Shown one piece after another: positions 8,340-19,929 of a DNA stretch of 49,545 bases. Position 1 is the first letter of the stretch, and each line of letters starts with the position of its first letter. Origin of the DNA: Leucoraja ocellata (taxonomy: Eukaryota); contig JAWMAR010002034.1 in assembly GCA_036785375.1 (NCBI GenBank), positions 124,001 through 173,545 on the forward strand, written 5' to 3'. The notes under the pieces were generated by a model. That model saw only the letters and a program-made list of their open reading frames with translations, did no database searches and was not told the origin of the DNA. Both the position numbers and the translations under genes were made by a program.

Positions 8340-11300
8340 ATTTTACTTCGGAGTCACGTGAGTGACCACGTGAAGATGGCCGTCCAGGCGCATGCTGGTC
8401 ATCTCGTCAGACGCATTGCGCTGCCACCGCGGTAGGAGGTGTGGAACCTCTAAGCGGTGAGTGAAGGAAAACATGGACGTAAGTCTTTTCTACTTTTACT
8501 TTCAGGCTGCTTTTCTTCGGAGACTGCGTGCAGAGACACAGGCAAGTCTTATGTATGGAGAAAGGTGGGAGGAAGAATAGTAAGCGCATCGCAGTAAGCA
8601 CTCAATAAGACAAAGTGTCTGAGAGTAGCGGGCGCCCGACTATAAGTCGACTGTAAAGAAATTACTATTTTACACGGGAGGGGAAAAGTCCCGTTGAAAC
8701 TTCCATAGGGAGCAAGGCCATAAAGAAATAACAGACCTGGAAGACTATGTGGAGTCTGAACTATAGAATTTATAAACTGGAATTCCTCATGGGTAAAACA
8801 AACTCCAGAAGGAGTATAAAAGACGTGGGCTTAAAGAGCAACCGCATGGAACACCCAGAAGAGGTTCTGGGAAACGTTGGCCCAGATTTGAGCCAGCGAC
8901 CAAAATGCCTGATGATAAAGATGAATATATGGGCTGACCTGACACGGAGGCAGCACCAGAAATGTCTGAAAGACAATACAGGCGTTGGTCTACAGTAGAC
9001 TCAGAATAAGGAGCAGCACCCAAAAGTCGGCTGCCAATATACAGCTCAAATGAAGAGCTTGATGTAGCCAAAGAGGGACAAAAAAGCATCGGCCTATATT
9101 AGAGCCATCGCATGAAATACCTGATGATGAATATACAAGTGAAACCCATTATGAGGAGGAATATCCAGAATACTCTGATAATGAACCAGTTGAGGGACAG
9201 AACCCAAAGCAAAAAAGAAAAATGCCAGTGCTGGTCCAAACGTTCTATAGTCCCAGACACAAGGGACAACCTCTTCTAGAGGAAATAGCAGAGAGTATAA
9301 ATTACCTGCTTTCCCATCAATCACAAGATGCAACAATGGATGAAGTTATGAACAAATATAAAATCCCGCAGACCTGTGCTCTGCAGGATGGCACAACAGG
9401 ATGTAATGGGAATGATGTGGAATGCACATTTTGAAATAAACTGTATTTGTAAAACTGCGTTAAGACCTAACATACATCCTAAGTTTGCAGGGCTCTGTAA
9501 ACCATCTAATATACAATTGCCAAATGTACTCATTGGAGAAGAGCTTGCCAAATAACTAAAGGTTCTCAACGAAGAATCAAAAACCATCGGGATGATGAAA
9601 CCACCGATGTTTGCAGCACAGCTAGAAGGCAATATCCATACCGAAGGGGAACTGGTGATTGAACAAGTCGCTCGGACTCACATACAAGATATGGACATAC
9701 AACCCCAGGACGTGGAGGTCATGGTATTTCCACAAGGGGCAATGTACAAAAAGTGACACCAGTAAACTCTGAGGTAGGTGGCTCTGGTTCTGAAAGAAAC
9801 ATATCAGATGTATCCTACTTACAAGTTGGGGGTAGGTTACAATTATTTTTAAAAGAATGGAAACTAATAACATCTGATGCATATATACTGTGCAGAATTA
9901 TGGGGTTTAGGATTTAATTTTACCAGAATTAAAATCCACCTACACAACATATTACAAAAATAATATATTCCTGCTCTAAAGAAGAGATGAGAAGAATTAA
10001 AATAGAAATTGAGATTTGGAGTACAAAAGGGGTAATAGAGAAAACAACTTATCAAAACCATCACTTTGTATCTAGTATTTTCTCTAGAACAAAAAAGGTT
10101 TGGGGGTAGTAGAATCATTTTGGACCTCACAAGTCTTAACTCTTTTGTGCAGTATAAACATTTCAAAATGGAGACTTGTACTAATGCTTTGCAATTAATT
10201 TCAACAGAATGCTATATGGCAAGCATTGATCTCCAAGATGCACACAATTCTGTTGTGGTGCATGTGCAACATCGCAGATATTTGAAATGTGTCTGGATGT
10301 CTCAAATGTGGCAGTTTAAAGACCCAGATTGTTTACAACACTGTTGAAGTCAATTTTAGCATTGTTAAGAACTCAAGGCCATTTGATAATGACATTTTCA
10401 TTGTGGGAGATACTGAAGCCATGACAGCAGCTTGTCAACAATCCAGTCTGAAGAAGGGTTTCGGCCCGAAACGTTGCCTATTTCCTTCGCTCCATAGATG
10501 CTGCTGCACCCGCTGAGTTTCTCCAGCTTTTCTGTGTAACCTTCGATTCTCCAGCATCTGCAGTTCCCTCTTAAACACCATGACAGCAGCTTCTGTTTTA
10601 AAAAGTAAACCTCACATTTCAAAGAATGGGATTTGTCATTCATTCAGACATATCCAGACTGATACCTAACAAAATAATTGATTACTTGGGGTTCACTATT
10701 AATTCAGAACACAAGACAGTGAGCTTACCCAAGGACAAAAAGTTGCAAGTGATTAAGGGTTGTAAGGAGTTAATTGCAGGCAAACAACCATCAATCAGTC
10801 AAGTAGCAAATCTAATTCGCAAGTTAATTGCTTCATTTCCAGCTGTTCAGTTTGGACCTCTGCATTATCAGACAGCTGCAGTGCGCAAAGATATCAGTAT
10901 TGGGAAGACATGCTGGACGTTACGATAGGCCTATACAACTAACTAACACAGCAATTGAGGATATAAAATGGTGGATTAAAAATGTGGATTACTCTTACAG
11001 GAAAATTCTGAATGAATCACACCCTACCATTTTATAAACAGATGCAAGTGCACTGGAATGGGGAGCTGCGGATGCCATCTCAAGCCGTGGAGGTAGATGG
11101 AATGCAGAGGAAGAACCTTTGCTCGAGACATATGGCATAAATTATCTTTAATTACTAAGTGTATTGGTTCACGAAGCCCGTCGATTTAAAAGTACTGATG
11201 TTCGAGGTGCACAATTTGCGGGTGAATTTGTTGATGTGAATCGGTGTACTGGTTCACGATGCCCGTCGATTTGCTACGGGTCCAGTCATTGCTACACTGG

Positions 11301-11535
11301 ATAGAATGATCATATCTGTGGGCTATAATAACATGTTTTGTTATGATTAGTCAAGCAGAGTAGACAGGGACACGGACCAAACTAGATGTTGCATATCCCA
11401 TGGACCTTGGGTTGCGTGTGATCATGCATCTACACCAGTATGTCAAGGTCCCTAAGAGCATCATAGACTCTGACTAGCAATATTGTTAGTTACATTAAAC
11501 CTCGTTAGAAGGAATCACTACGAACGTTCAGCAGT
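8340..11535 (+). mobile_element. DIRS-type tyrosine-recombinase retrotransposon, degenerate (copy 1)
   Basis: RT pieces GGSRIILDLTSLNSFVQYKHFKMET, ASIDLQDA and IIDYLGFTINS. RNase H-like TDAS..WG (~11038). YR-like remnant LVKQSR..YIKP (~11345-11505). Terminus TTTTACTTCGGAGTCACGTGAG. Confidence 0.78.
10434..10577 (+). mobile_element. Short Penelope-terminal/retrozyme-like insertion with 15-bp TSD
   Basis: Flanked by CCATGACAGCAGCTT at 10419-10433 and 10578-10592. Contains CTGAAGA-AGGGTTTCGGCCC-GAAACGTT. Confidence 0.8.
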
Positions 11536-11549
11536 ACGCCAATCCTCGG

Positions 11550-13699
11550 GGACTATTCCCGTAGCTCCAGATGGACTATTCCCGTACGGTTTGGGGCATG
11601 CTGCATGGGTGGCAGTGAGCCAGCAAATTCTATTTGAAACCCATCTGTACTGTGCAGTCTGAACAAGTCAGATGTTACCCACCACCACTCATGCAAAAAG
11701 AAACGTAACCTCCCACCAACATGCGTTAGACCCACAACCCAAATGTTACATAGTGAACCAGACCCACCTACCTCCGTGTTAGTTGGATTCTGGATCGTTA
11801 TTTCCTTCCCCGATGTTTGGGGATTTGAGGTGCTGGTATGCACCAGCTGCGCATCTTGGCTGTCGGCCAGTTCGGGCCATGTCCTAATAAAGACTTCCTG
11901 CCGGTTCTTTCAGTCCTCGAGCTGAAGGTGGTTCCCACAGACTGTCTAGTGCTGGTCGAGCCATACGGGTGCTGGCGTTGAAACGATGACTGTCTGTTTG
12001 CTGGTGGAGTCCAAAGTAGCCCCACAGCCTTCGACTCGTCGTCCTGATCCTTCACCTGTCTGGATAGGTCTTCTCCAAACAGTAAATAGGGCGGCTGCAC
12101 ATTACTGGACTTGTACAACCCTGCAAACTTGGGGTTGAGAACAGGACGAATGGCATTCTTGCGAAAGCAATTCATTTCAAATTGTGCATTACACAACGAT
12201 GCCATTGCGTCCCGTTGAACCTCAGATAATGCACAGCTGTCCACCGACCTGGCCACTGCTGTCCACCGACCTGGCCACTGCTGTCCACAGACCTGGCCAC
12301 TGCTGTCCACCGACCTGGCCACTGCTGTCCACCGACCTGTCCACCGACCTGGCCACAGCTGTCCACTGACCTGGCCACAGCTGTGCACCGACCTGGCCAC
12401 AGCTGGCCACAGACCTGTCCACTGCTGTCCAACGACCTGTCCACCGACCTGGCCACTGCTGTCCACCGACCTGGCCACAGCTGTCCACCGACCTGGCCAC
12501 TGCTGTCCACCGACCTGGCCACTGCTGTCCACCGACCTGTCCACTGCTGTCCACCGACCTGGCCACAGCTGTCCACCGACCTGGCCACTGCTGTCCACCG
12601 ACCTGGCCACTGCTGTCCACCGACCTGGCCACTGCTGTCCACCGACCTGGCCACTGCTGTCCACCGACCTGGCCACTGCTGTCCACCGACCTGGCCACTG
12701 CTGTCCACCGACCTGGCCACTGCTGTCCACCGACCTGGCCACCGACCTGGCCACTGCTGTCCACCGACCTGGCCACTGCTGTCCACCCCGATGCCAGCAG
12801 ATTCAGGATTCTCTGTAATTTGACCTCTTGGGCCAATGTAGCTCCAGATGGAACTGTTCACCGCCGGTACCTTGAGGGAGGCGCAGTTGCTGGGCGCATG
12901 GTACCTCATGGCTGTCTCCATCATCACCTGCTCTTGAAGCTGGTGGCAAGCAAGGTAATTAATGCTGGCCGCCAGCTCTTCATCCAGCGGCTCCCCAACC
13001 AGCGACGACATTGTGAACTTGGAGACCATGGTTGGCACATGCACATCTCGCGGGTCCCTTATCGAACGTTCTCCCCGCATCTCAGTGCAATGCGAGTCCG
13101 CCCAGGACTGGTGGTCTACACTCCCATCCTTGGATGGGGAGACATAATGTAGCCCTGCACCAGGCGCTGCTGTGGGCCCCCGAGACCCGCTGTGATATGA
13201 CTCCCGACCGAGGAGCATATCATGTTGGAGTATCTTCTCCATAAGATGCTCCACTCGGGAAAGGCGTCCGACAATGCTCCCCGTAGGAGGAGGCGAACCC
13301 TCCCGGCCGGACTCATCCGAGTCAACCGGCCTGTTGGACTTGTCCTTCCCGACCCACAGGGTAGCCACAGTGCTCTCCATGGGCACCGAGCCCGAAGTCG
13401 CTGGCTGCGCTGTCAGCGACCGCGATGGTGAAACGGAATGCCGCCCGCTGACCGCACTACTGCGGTTCTCCTTGCGAGACTTCACCCTCGCCTTATCCAT
13501 GGTGTTCCTGCTGTAACAAGACAGAAGACAAAACGACCGCAGACTAAGTTCAAGAACTTACCTGGAGGTCTTTTGAAACTTACCGCTGGTGAAGCGACGC
13601 GCTTGCCAGCCAGTCAGAGCGCCATGCGTTAGACAGAATGACGTGCATGCGGGCTGACGGGGTCTTCACGTATTCATTCACATGACCCCAAAGTAAAAT
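11550..13699 (-). mobile_element. DIRS-type element copy 2 (5' terminus + gag-like ORF1 + start of pol)
   Basis: Terminus (rc) ATTTTACTTTGGGGTCATGTGAATGAATACGTGAAGA resembles copy 1's. Gag-like RKNAIRPVLNPKFAGL...LLFGEDLSRQVK is homologous to ~9450-9570 of copy 1. Confidence 0.72.
12231..12787. repeat. 22-bp minisatellite (CTGTCCACCGACCTGGCCACTG)n inside DIRS gag
   Basis: About 25 near-perfect units, directly visible. Confidence 0.95.
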
Positions 13700-14506
13700 G
13701 GGGATAAATATGAGGTTATCCACTTTGGTAGCAAAAACAGGAAGGCAGATTATTATCTAAATGTTATCAAGTTGGGAAAAGGGGAAGTACAACAGGATCT
13801 GGGGGTCCTTGTTCCTCAGTCAATTAAAGTAAGCATGCAGGTACAGCAGGCAGTGAAGAAAGCGAATGGCATGTTGGCCTTCATAACAAGAGGAGTTGAG
13901 TATAGGAGCAAACAGGTCCTTCTGCAGTTGTACAGAGCCCTAGTGAGATCACACCTGGAGTATTGTGTGCAGTTTTGGTCCCCTAATTTGAGGAAGAACA
14001 TTCTTGCTATTGAGGGAGTGCAACATAGGTTTACAAGGTTAATTCCCGGGATGGCACTATGATATACTGAGAGAATGGAGCAGCTGGGCTTGTACACTCT
14101 GGAATTTAGAAGGATGAGAGGGGATCTTATTGAAACCCTGAATAATCTTATCAGATTATTACAGGTTTGGACACGTGAGAGGCAGGAAACATGCTCCCGA
14201 TGTTGGGGGAGTCCAGAACCAGGGGCCACAGTTTAAGAATAAGGGGTAAGCCATTTAGAACGGAGATGAGGAAACACTTTTTCACACAGAGAGTTGTGAG
14301 TCTGTGGAATTCTCTGCCTCAGTGGGCAATGGAGGCCGATTATCTGGATGTTTTTAAGAGAGAGCTTGATAGGGCTCTTAAAGATAGTGGTTGGGTGATA
14401 TGGGGAGAAGGCAGGAACTGATTGGGGATGATCAGCCATGATCACGTTGAACAGCGGTGCTGGCTTGAGGGCCGAATGGCCTACTCCTGCACCTATTGTC
14501 TATTGT
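13700..14506 (+). mobile_element. CR1 LINE 3' fragment
   Basis: HLEYCVQFWSP motif, CR1 3'UTR gccgaatggcctactcctgcacc, tail (ctattgt)n. Confidence 0.88.
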
Positions 14507-14557
14507 GTCCATTTATTCCACAGATGATGCCTGACCCACCAATTACTCCAGCACTGT

Positions 14558-16110
14558 TGTTCCTGATATAGTGGTGGTCAGAGGATCTGGGGTGACGGAG
14601 GAACTGAAGAAAATCCACATTAGGCAGGAAATGGTGTTGGATAGACTGATGGGACTGAAGGGTGATAAATCCCCAGGGCCTGATGGTCTGCATCCCAGGG
14701 TACTTAAAGAAGTGGCTCTAGAAATCGTGGATGCATTGGTGATCATTTTCCAATGTTCTATAGACTCGGGATCAGTTCTTGTGGATTGGAGGGTAGCTAA
14801 CGTTATCCCACTTTTTAAGAAAGGCGGGAGAGAGAAAACGGGGAATTACAGACCAGTTAGCCTGACATCGGTGGTGGGGAAGATGCTGGAGTCAATTATA
14901 GTAGATTGGATAGCAGAAACAGGCTCGGTCCGAGTCAGCATGTGGGGAAATCATGCTTGACTAATCTTCTGGACATTTTTGAAGATGTAACTAGGAAAAT
15001 GGACAAGGGAGAGCCAGTGGATGTAGTGTACCTGGACTTTCAGAAAGCATTTGATAAGCTCCAACATTGGAGCTTAGTGGGCAGAATTAGGGCCAATGGT
15101 ATTGGGGGTAGAGTGCTGACATGGATAGAGAAGTGGTTGGCAGACAGGAAACAAAGAGTAAGGGTTAGCAGATCCCTTTCAGAATGGCAGGCAGTGACTA
15201 GTGGGGTACCACAAGGCTCAGTGCTGGGACCGCAGCTATTTACAATATACATCAATGATTTGGATGAAGGGATTCAAAGCAAATTAGCAAATTTGCAGAT
15301 GAGACAAAGCTGGGTGGCAGTGTGAACTGTGAGGAGGATGCTATGAGAATGCTGGGTGACTTGGAAAGGTTAGGGGAGTGGGCAGATGCATGGCAGATGA
15401 AGTTTAATGCGGGTAAATGTGAGGTTACCCACTTTAGTAGCAAAACCAAGAAGGCAAACTATCTAAATGGCATCAAGATGGGAAAAGGGGAAGTACAATG
15501 AGGAGTAAAGAGGTCCTTCTGCAGTTGCACAGAGCCCTAGTGAGACCACACCTGGAGTATTGTGTGCAGTTTTGGTCCCCTAATTTGAGGAGGGACTTTC
15601 TTGCTATTGAGGGCTTGCAGCGGAGGTTTACAAGGTTAATTCCCAGGATGGCGGGGCTGTCATATACTGAAAGAATTGAGCAGCTGGGCTTGTACACTCT
15701 GGAGTTTAGAAGGATGAGAGGGTATCTCATTGAAACATGTAAGATTGTTAAGGGTTTGGACAAGCTTGAGGCAGGAAACATGTTCCCGATGTTGGGGGAG
15801 TCCAGAACCAGGGCACACAATTTAAGAATAAGGGGTAAGCCATTTAGAACGGAGACGATGAAACACTTTTTCTCACTGAGAGTTGTGAGTCTGTGGAATT
15901 CTCTGCCTCAGAGAGCGGTGGAGGCAGGTTCTCTAGATGCTTTCAAGAGAGAGCAGGATAAGGTTCTTAAAAATAGAGGAGTCAGGGGATATGGGGGAGA
16001 AGGCAGGAACAGGGTACTGATTGGGGATGATCAGCCATGATCACATTGAATGGCAGTGCTGGCTCGACGGACTGAATGGCCGATTCCTGCACCTATTGTT
16101 TATTGTCTTT
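14558..16110 (+). mobile_element. CR1 LINE fragment (RT, internal deletion ~15497)
   Basis: [35 protein letters not shown] and YINDLD motifs, frameshifted, with 3'UTR/tail. Confidence 0.88.
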
Positions 16111-16447
16111 GTACAAGATTCCAGAACCCTGAATTGAAAGAATCTCGAATGAAATATGTTAGGAAATACCTAATGCCAATTAGGAAATACCAATTAAACT
16201 ATAAATCTGGATATCTTTGGAGTATGGGAGGACCTCAGAACATACGTGGAAAACACACTTGGTCACAGGAAGAGTATTCAAACTCTGTACGGATAACACA
16301 TGGTGTCAGTTTCAAACCCAGGTATCTGGTGCTGTGAGGCAGCAACTCTACCACTGTGCTGCCCAATCTTTCCACAAACACTGAAACCCAAGAGAGGGTT
16401 TGAAACAGCGGCCTTACCTTAACGTCATCTCCATAAAGACTAGATCC

Positions 16448-16535
16448 TGAGACAATAGACAATAGGTGCAGGAGTAGGCCATTCGGCCCTTCGAGCCAGC
16501 ACCGCCATTCACTGTGATCATGGCTAATCATCCAC
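16448..16535 (-). mobile_element. CR1 3'UTR/tail fragment
   Basis: Reverse complement of the 3' end seen at 14430-14506. Confidence 0.75.
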
Positions 16536-17207
16536 AACGGCAAACTTTGACCGCCCGAATCGAGGGGTATAAATCGACCCGGAGCGGGGCCTTACATCAC
16601 CTGGCGCGGCTTAAACAGCCGCAGGACTTACCATTACCCACCGGGGCCTCTAACATCAAGAGCCTCGATCAGCTCGATGCAGCAGTTTGACTGCTTGACT
16701 GTGGGCAAGAGATAAGACTTTTGCCTTCCATCACAGTGAGGAGGTATTTGGAAATTCACTGTGATGGATGTTTGTGTGGAATTGTGTTAATTGTGTGTTT
16801 TGGTTTTTTTGTTGTTATGACTGCAGGAAAGTAATTTTGTTTGAACCTATGTTTCAATGACAATAAACAGCATTCTGATTCTCTGATGTTGATTCAGACT
16901 GATGTATTTGGGAGAAAGCTGGAAAGAGACGAGAGCAGGACAGAGCCTGGTGAGTGATTCTGGATACAGTTGGGGGCTGATTAGCAGATTGTGGAGTACT
17001 GACAAAGGCTAGAGGTGAAGAGGAGACGAGTGTCAAACAAGGGGAAGAGAGGTGTCATGCAAAGCCAGGGGGAAGGATCGGGGAAAGAGGGGAATGTGGG
17101 ACAGGGATGAGTATACAGAGGAGGGGAAGGGGTAGGGAGACCGTTGAGTGAGGTGCACACCAGGGTGGGGAGTGCAGGGAAAGAGGGAAACCCCCTTAAT
17201 CAAGACA

Positions 17208-17826
17208 CTTATTGAGTATAGAAGCTGGGATGTAATGTTAAAATTGTACAAGGCATTGGTGAGACCAAATCTGGAGTATGGTGTACAATTTTGGTCGCCC
17301 AATTATAGGAAGGATGTCAACAAAATAGAGAGAGTACAGAGGAGATTTACTAGAATGTTGCCTGGGTTTCAACAACTAAGTTACAGAGATAGGTTGAATA
17401 AGTTAGGTCTTTATTCTCTGGAGCGCAGAAGGTTAAGGGGGGACTTGATAGAGGTCTTTAAAATGATGAGAGGGATAGACAGAGTTGATGTGGCAAGCTT
17501 TTCCCTTTGAGAATAGGGAAGATTCAAACAAGAGGACATGACTTCAGAATTAAGGGACAGAAGTTTAGGGGTAACATGAGGGGGAACTTCTTTACCCAGA
17601 GAGTGGTAGCGGTGTGGAATGAGCTTCCAGTGGAAGTGGTGGAGGCAGGTTTGTTGGTATCATTTATAAATAAATTGGATAGGCATATGGATGAGAAGGG
17701 AATGGAGGGTTATGGTATGAGTGCAGGTAGGTGGGACTAAGGGAAAAAAAGTTGTTCGGCACGGACTTGTAGGGCCGAGATGGCCTGTTTCCGTGCTGTA
17801 ATTGTTATATGGTTATATGTTATATT
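17208..17826 (+). mobile_element. CR1 subfamily B 3' fragment
   Basis: Near-identical to 37750-38365 (EYRSWDVMLKLYKALVRPNLEYGVQFWSP). Tail (gttatatg)n. Confidence 0.9.
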
Positions 17827-19929
17827 CCCATTTCCAAATCTCATTTCCTTTTATCCCCTCCCGTCCCCTTACACCTGAAAACCTCCTTCCATTCAAAGCC
17901 GACGCTAGGGTCGGGTGATCGGGCGTAGGGAAGGGTAGTGGGATAAATCTCCACTTTTTTCACTTTTTCGTTGGTTCAGAGGTTTTTCTTTTTTATCTCT
18001 CGTGTCTTTTACAAAATTCTTTCTTTTCTTTTTCTTTTCTTCTTCCTTTCTTTTCATTTTTCTTTTTTCCGATTTAGTTTTTAGTTCATAAAATGTTAAA
18101 ATTGAAGCTCACGAACATTTTATAATTGTTATGTCGATGACTTTCTCCTTGTACAATTGCTTCTAATAAAATAAATATTAAAATAAAAAGCAGAGATTCC
18201 AGTCTTTGGAGATCCTTCGTGGAAATGAACACAATTTGGTCACACCTTCAGAAAAGAGCAGAGGGGAGAGGAGATGTATTCTGGCAACACTGACACAAAC
18301 ATACTAAACCAAATAGATTTAGACCTATTCCAAAAAAAAACAGTATGGTGAATGGAATGCAGGATTACTTAATTTGTATTGACACTTAAAACAAGTGTCA
18401 TGAACACTAAACTACTTTCACTGCAACAGGAACCAACTAGGATTACTTTAGGGAATATAAAGAAGTCTACAAAGAATGCTGGATGTACTCAGTTGGTCAG
18501 GCACCATCTGCCTGACAGATGTTTCAGGTTGGGATCCTTCAGACTGAGAGAGTAGTGGAGAAATCTGGAAAGATGTGGGAGCAGGACAAAAGCTGGCAAG
18601 TGATGTGGATAGACACAAATGCTGGAGTAATTCACTGAGACGGGCAGCATCTTGGGAGAGAAGGAATGGGTGATGTTTCAGGTAGAGGCTGTCCTTCAGA
18701 CAACAAATACAAGCAATTGGCACTTGGTGGAGCAATGACAAAGGCGAGAGGTGAAGAGGAGACAAAAGGTTTAGATGAGGAGAGAGAGCTGTGAAGCTGG
18801 AGGGCGGGATATGGGTTGAAGGGTAAAGAGGCAAAGATGAATGTCAGGGATGGGAGATGAGTGTGGAAAGTGGGGAAGGTGCAGGGTGAATGGGTGATGC
18901 GGGGAAAGGGAGAGTCCCCAGTACATTCATCCCTTTTCCCCATCCTATCCCATTGCACTCATATTCCTTCTACCAGGTTTACAGTTCACACCTTGCTTTC
19001 TCCTGAGATGTTCATAAATCATAGCGGCGACGACAGAGGGTTCATGGCCCCGACCACGGATGAACAAAGGAGGAGGACTGACTGAACCTTGTTGCCTTTC
19101 GCCACAGTGAAGAATGCTGTGCTGGATGTTTTGTGTTAAATTCTATTGCGTATTGTGTGTTCTTTTTAAGTGTATCGCTGCTGGCAAATTCATTTCACTG
19201 CACCTTTGGGTGCATGTAACGAATACAATTGACTTTGACCTTTACACCTTTAGCCTTTGTCACTTACTGATTCAATTATTTTTTGTCACATGTACCATGT
19301 GAAACAATGAAATGCTTTGTTTTGCATAAAACCTGGTAAAATCACGTGGCTGACCTCAACTGGGCAGTACACGATGTTTTGGTGTTCCACCCATCTGGCA
19401 ATTTCCTCTCCCCCCCCCCCACCTGCATCCAGCCATCACTTGCTAGACTATTGCCCCACCTCACATTTCCAGCTTTCTCCCTTTACTCCATCATGCTGAA
19501 GGCTTCTGACCTGATACTTCATTGGTCCATTCCTTCCAGATGTTGCCTGACCCACTGGTTTACTCCAGCAGACTTTTTTCTCCCTCAAGATTCCAGCACC
19601 GTGAATTCTAGTATTTTAAACCAAGAATAGTCAGGAAAATACTTTCTCCTCCAAACATTTATTGGTCTGAAACCAGCGGTGGTTCTAAACAGTTCCTTAC
19701 CTGCATCCCATCTCCATACAGTTCAGGTCCTGACAGATTGACAAAGTCAGACAATTCAAATTAATACACCACTAATGATTCAAAATCTCCCACCATCTTC
19801 ATCCCACCCTTAATCTCACAGCAATATTTTAACGACAAGGATTTGAAGGGCCTGAGCTCAGGGCAAGGTTGGGCAGGCAAAGAGGAGGCAGAAACGGTGC
19901 AAGAGAGAGGGTGTCCGTGCTAGGCTGAG

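Noticed and set aside
11798-12836. Repetitive ORFs, or a CRISPR-like array
   Set aside because: Head-to-tail 22-bp minisatellite with no unique spacers; vertebrate DNA.
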